Assembly (NCBI GenBank): GCA_020184695.1
Contig: JAANOX010000064.1
Location: forward strand, 154,285 to 218,284
Source: Histomonas meleagridis 2922-C6/04-290x
Lineage: Eukaryota > Protista > Parabasalia
Length of the DNA: 64,000 nucleotides
Direction: 5' to 3'
Position numbers and translations under genes: made by a program. The notes under the pieces are model-generated. The model saw only the letters and a program-made list of their open reading frames with translations, was not told the origin of the DNA and made no database searches. Below are positions 62,556 through 64,000 of this stretch, in pieces (position 1 is the first letter of the stretch; every line of letters starts with the position of its first letter).

Positions 62556-63440
62556 TTACCAATGAAAGATTTCTTTGTCCTCTCTTAAATATTGCAAACA
62601 CTTCTGATGTGCATAACCTTTCCCAGGGATATAGACAACTCCGATGAAAGATTCTTCTCCATTTAGCCCTTTCCCATTTTCAAATGTACCTCCGCATGAG
62701 ACGCATGTTGCTGATTGATTCTGTGGTGTTATCGGAACATATTGTATTGGCTCTTCTTTGTTTTGTATTGGTTCATCTTCATCAATGCTTGTAACAAGCA
62801 TAAATTGCGGACTTGGAGTTTCCCAATCAACACTTGTACGCATCCAACTTCGGCAAAGACGTTGTTCTTCGTCTGATAGTGAAGGTTGAATGATTATTGG
62901 TGGTTGCATGAATTGTGGTGGTGGTGGTTGCATTGGAATTGGTGGTTCAATCTGAGGTTCATAAACTACAGGAGTTTCCATAAGCGGAGCTGGCGCAACT
63001 GATTCAAGTTTACCTTGAAATAGTTCGCGAATGCTTGATATTATTTTTTCATTGAACATATTTTTTTCATCCCAAACATCAACTAAACTGCTCAATTTCC
63101 CAATTAAAAAAGCGTCTTTAGATCGGAGTGAGGATTGGAAAAGCTTCAAAAGCTTTTCCTCAAAAAGCATTCTATAACCTTGATGACAGTCTTTTGAAAT
63201 TGCATCAATAAGATAGTAAAGTGGGAGAGGAGGCTGAATAATTTCACGTGTTTCAGTTCCTTTGAGTACTTTAATATAATGTGGATTCAAAATTCTGTTT
63301 ACTATTTCATTTACAAATGCTTGTTTAAAGCGTTCAAAATCATCAGCAAACCAACAGAGCGTATCAACGTTAACGAGGTTTGCCTCATAATATGTATCTA
63401 ATCTGTCTGTAAATAGCTTTGCAGCTTCTTCTTTGTTCAT
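62556..63440 (-). CDS. PCF11: Pcf11-like CTD-interacting-domain protein
   Basis: CID motifs (LPLYYLIDAISKD, LSSLVDVW), Pro-rich linker, C-terminal CxxC...HxxC zinc finger. Confidence 0.65.
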   Translation of the reverse strand: MNKEEAAKLFTDRLDTYYEANLVNVDTLCWFADDFERFKQAFVNEIVNRILNPHYIKVLKGTETREIIQPPLPLYYLIDAISKDCHQGYRMLFEEKLLKLFQSSLRSKDAFLIGKLSSLVDVWDEKNMFNEKIISSIRELFQGKLESVAPAPLMETPVVYEPQIEPPIPMQPPPPQFMQPPIIIQPSLSDEEQRLCRSWMRTSVDWETPSPQFMLVTSIDEDEPIQNKEEPIQYVPITPQNQSATCVSCGGTFENGKGLNGEESFIGVVYIPGKGYAHQKCLQYLREDKEIFHW

Positions 63441-63960
63441 TGAAAAAGAAGACCGTTAAATCAAATATATCCACTTTTGTTTGCTACGTCATATATTCAA
63501 TTAAAATAGTTTTGTTGTTATATTTTTATACAAAATGAATTGTCATTCAATGATCATTTTTAGAATGGTTTTTGTTTTAAGTCTTAACAAGCCTAAGTTT
63601 TTTTTTGTTTTTAAATCCTGAATTGATTAAATAGAAAAATATAATCCGCAACATAAATTGTTCAATTTTTTGTTAATAACAACAATTAAAGAATGGGCGA
63701 CAAGTACGTTTATCTTTTTGCATTTTTGACAAAATGAAAATATCTTTCCTTTTAAAGATATTATTTATGATGATGTGCTGTCGTGGCTAATTAAATTGGT
63801 CCAATTGGCCTAAAAAAAATAACCAATTTTTTAGTGCAAAAATACAAACGTTCTCATGTAAAAAAAGTCACAACCACTTTTCAGGCACCCAAAAAATTAA
63901 CGTTCCCATGTTGAAAAAAAACGTTTTTTTAACATATCGAGAACGTTTACTTAATCACGA

Positions 63961-64000
63961 ATGGAGAAAACCCAGTACAAAGTATACTTTGCTGGCGCAT
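63961..64000 (+). CDS. 5' end of a gene, possibly nucleoside 2-deoxyribosyltransferase-like (partial)
   Basis: ATG after TCAC; MEKTQYKVYFAGA resembles the KIYxAG start of that family. Only 13 codons are visible. Confidence 0.3.
   Translation, partial: MEKTQYKVYFAGA

Overview
AT-rich, compact eukaryotic chromosome segment from a parabasalid (trichomonad; Histomonas/Tritrichomonas-like). The assignment rests on the lineage-typical histone H3 tail ([26 protein letters not shown]), Inr-like TCAY(T/A) starts, TAAA overlapping stop codons, bacterial-type DERA/dPGM and DUF3447-like ankyrin genes; the species cannot be fixed from sequence alone. It holds about 35 intact single-exon genes (deoC, SF1-like, WDR12, BEACH, CAP-domain surface protein, MYCBPAP, RPL18A, H3, PSMA5, SSR3, PP2A-B'', ARF-like, STE24, RPB6, gpmA, RasGEF, TopBP1-like, LCB2, SLC35F, SGT1-like, Tom36-like, Pcf11-like), one tRNA-Glu(TTC), decayed DNA transposons, minisatellites and several pseudogenes (calnexin, arsenite methyltransferase, UBA protein). 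The standout is the DUF3447-like/ankyrin genes at 40749-44039 and 56445-59098, plus remnants at 26.5-27.1 and 28.0 kb. Each ankyrin repeat is a clean 93-nt block. Every block is separated from the next, at the same codon position, by an AT-rich spacer of 60, 63, 77, 80, 497 or 618 nt. Most spacers shift the frame or carry stops, and most cannot be removed with a GT-AG pair. This looks like an undescribed class of non-canonical intron or recoding element. All calls come from reading the sequence by eye; no database searches were run.
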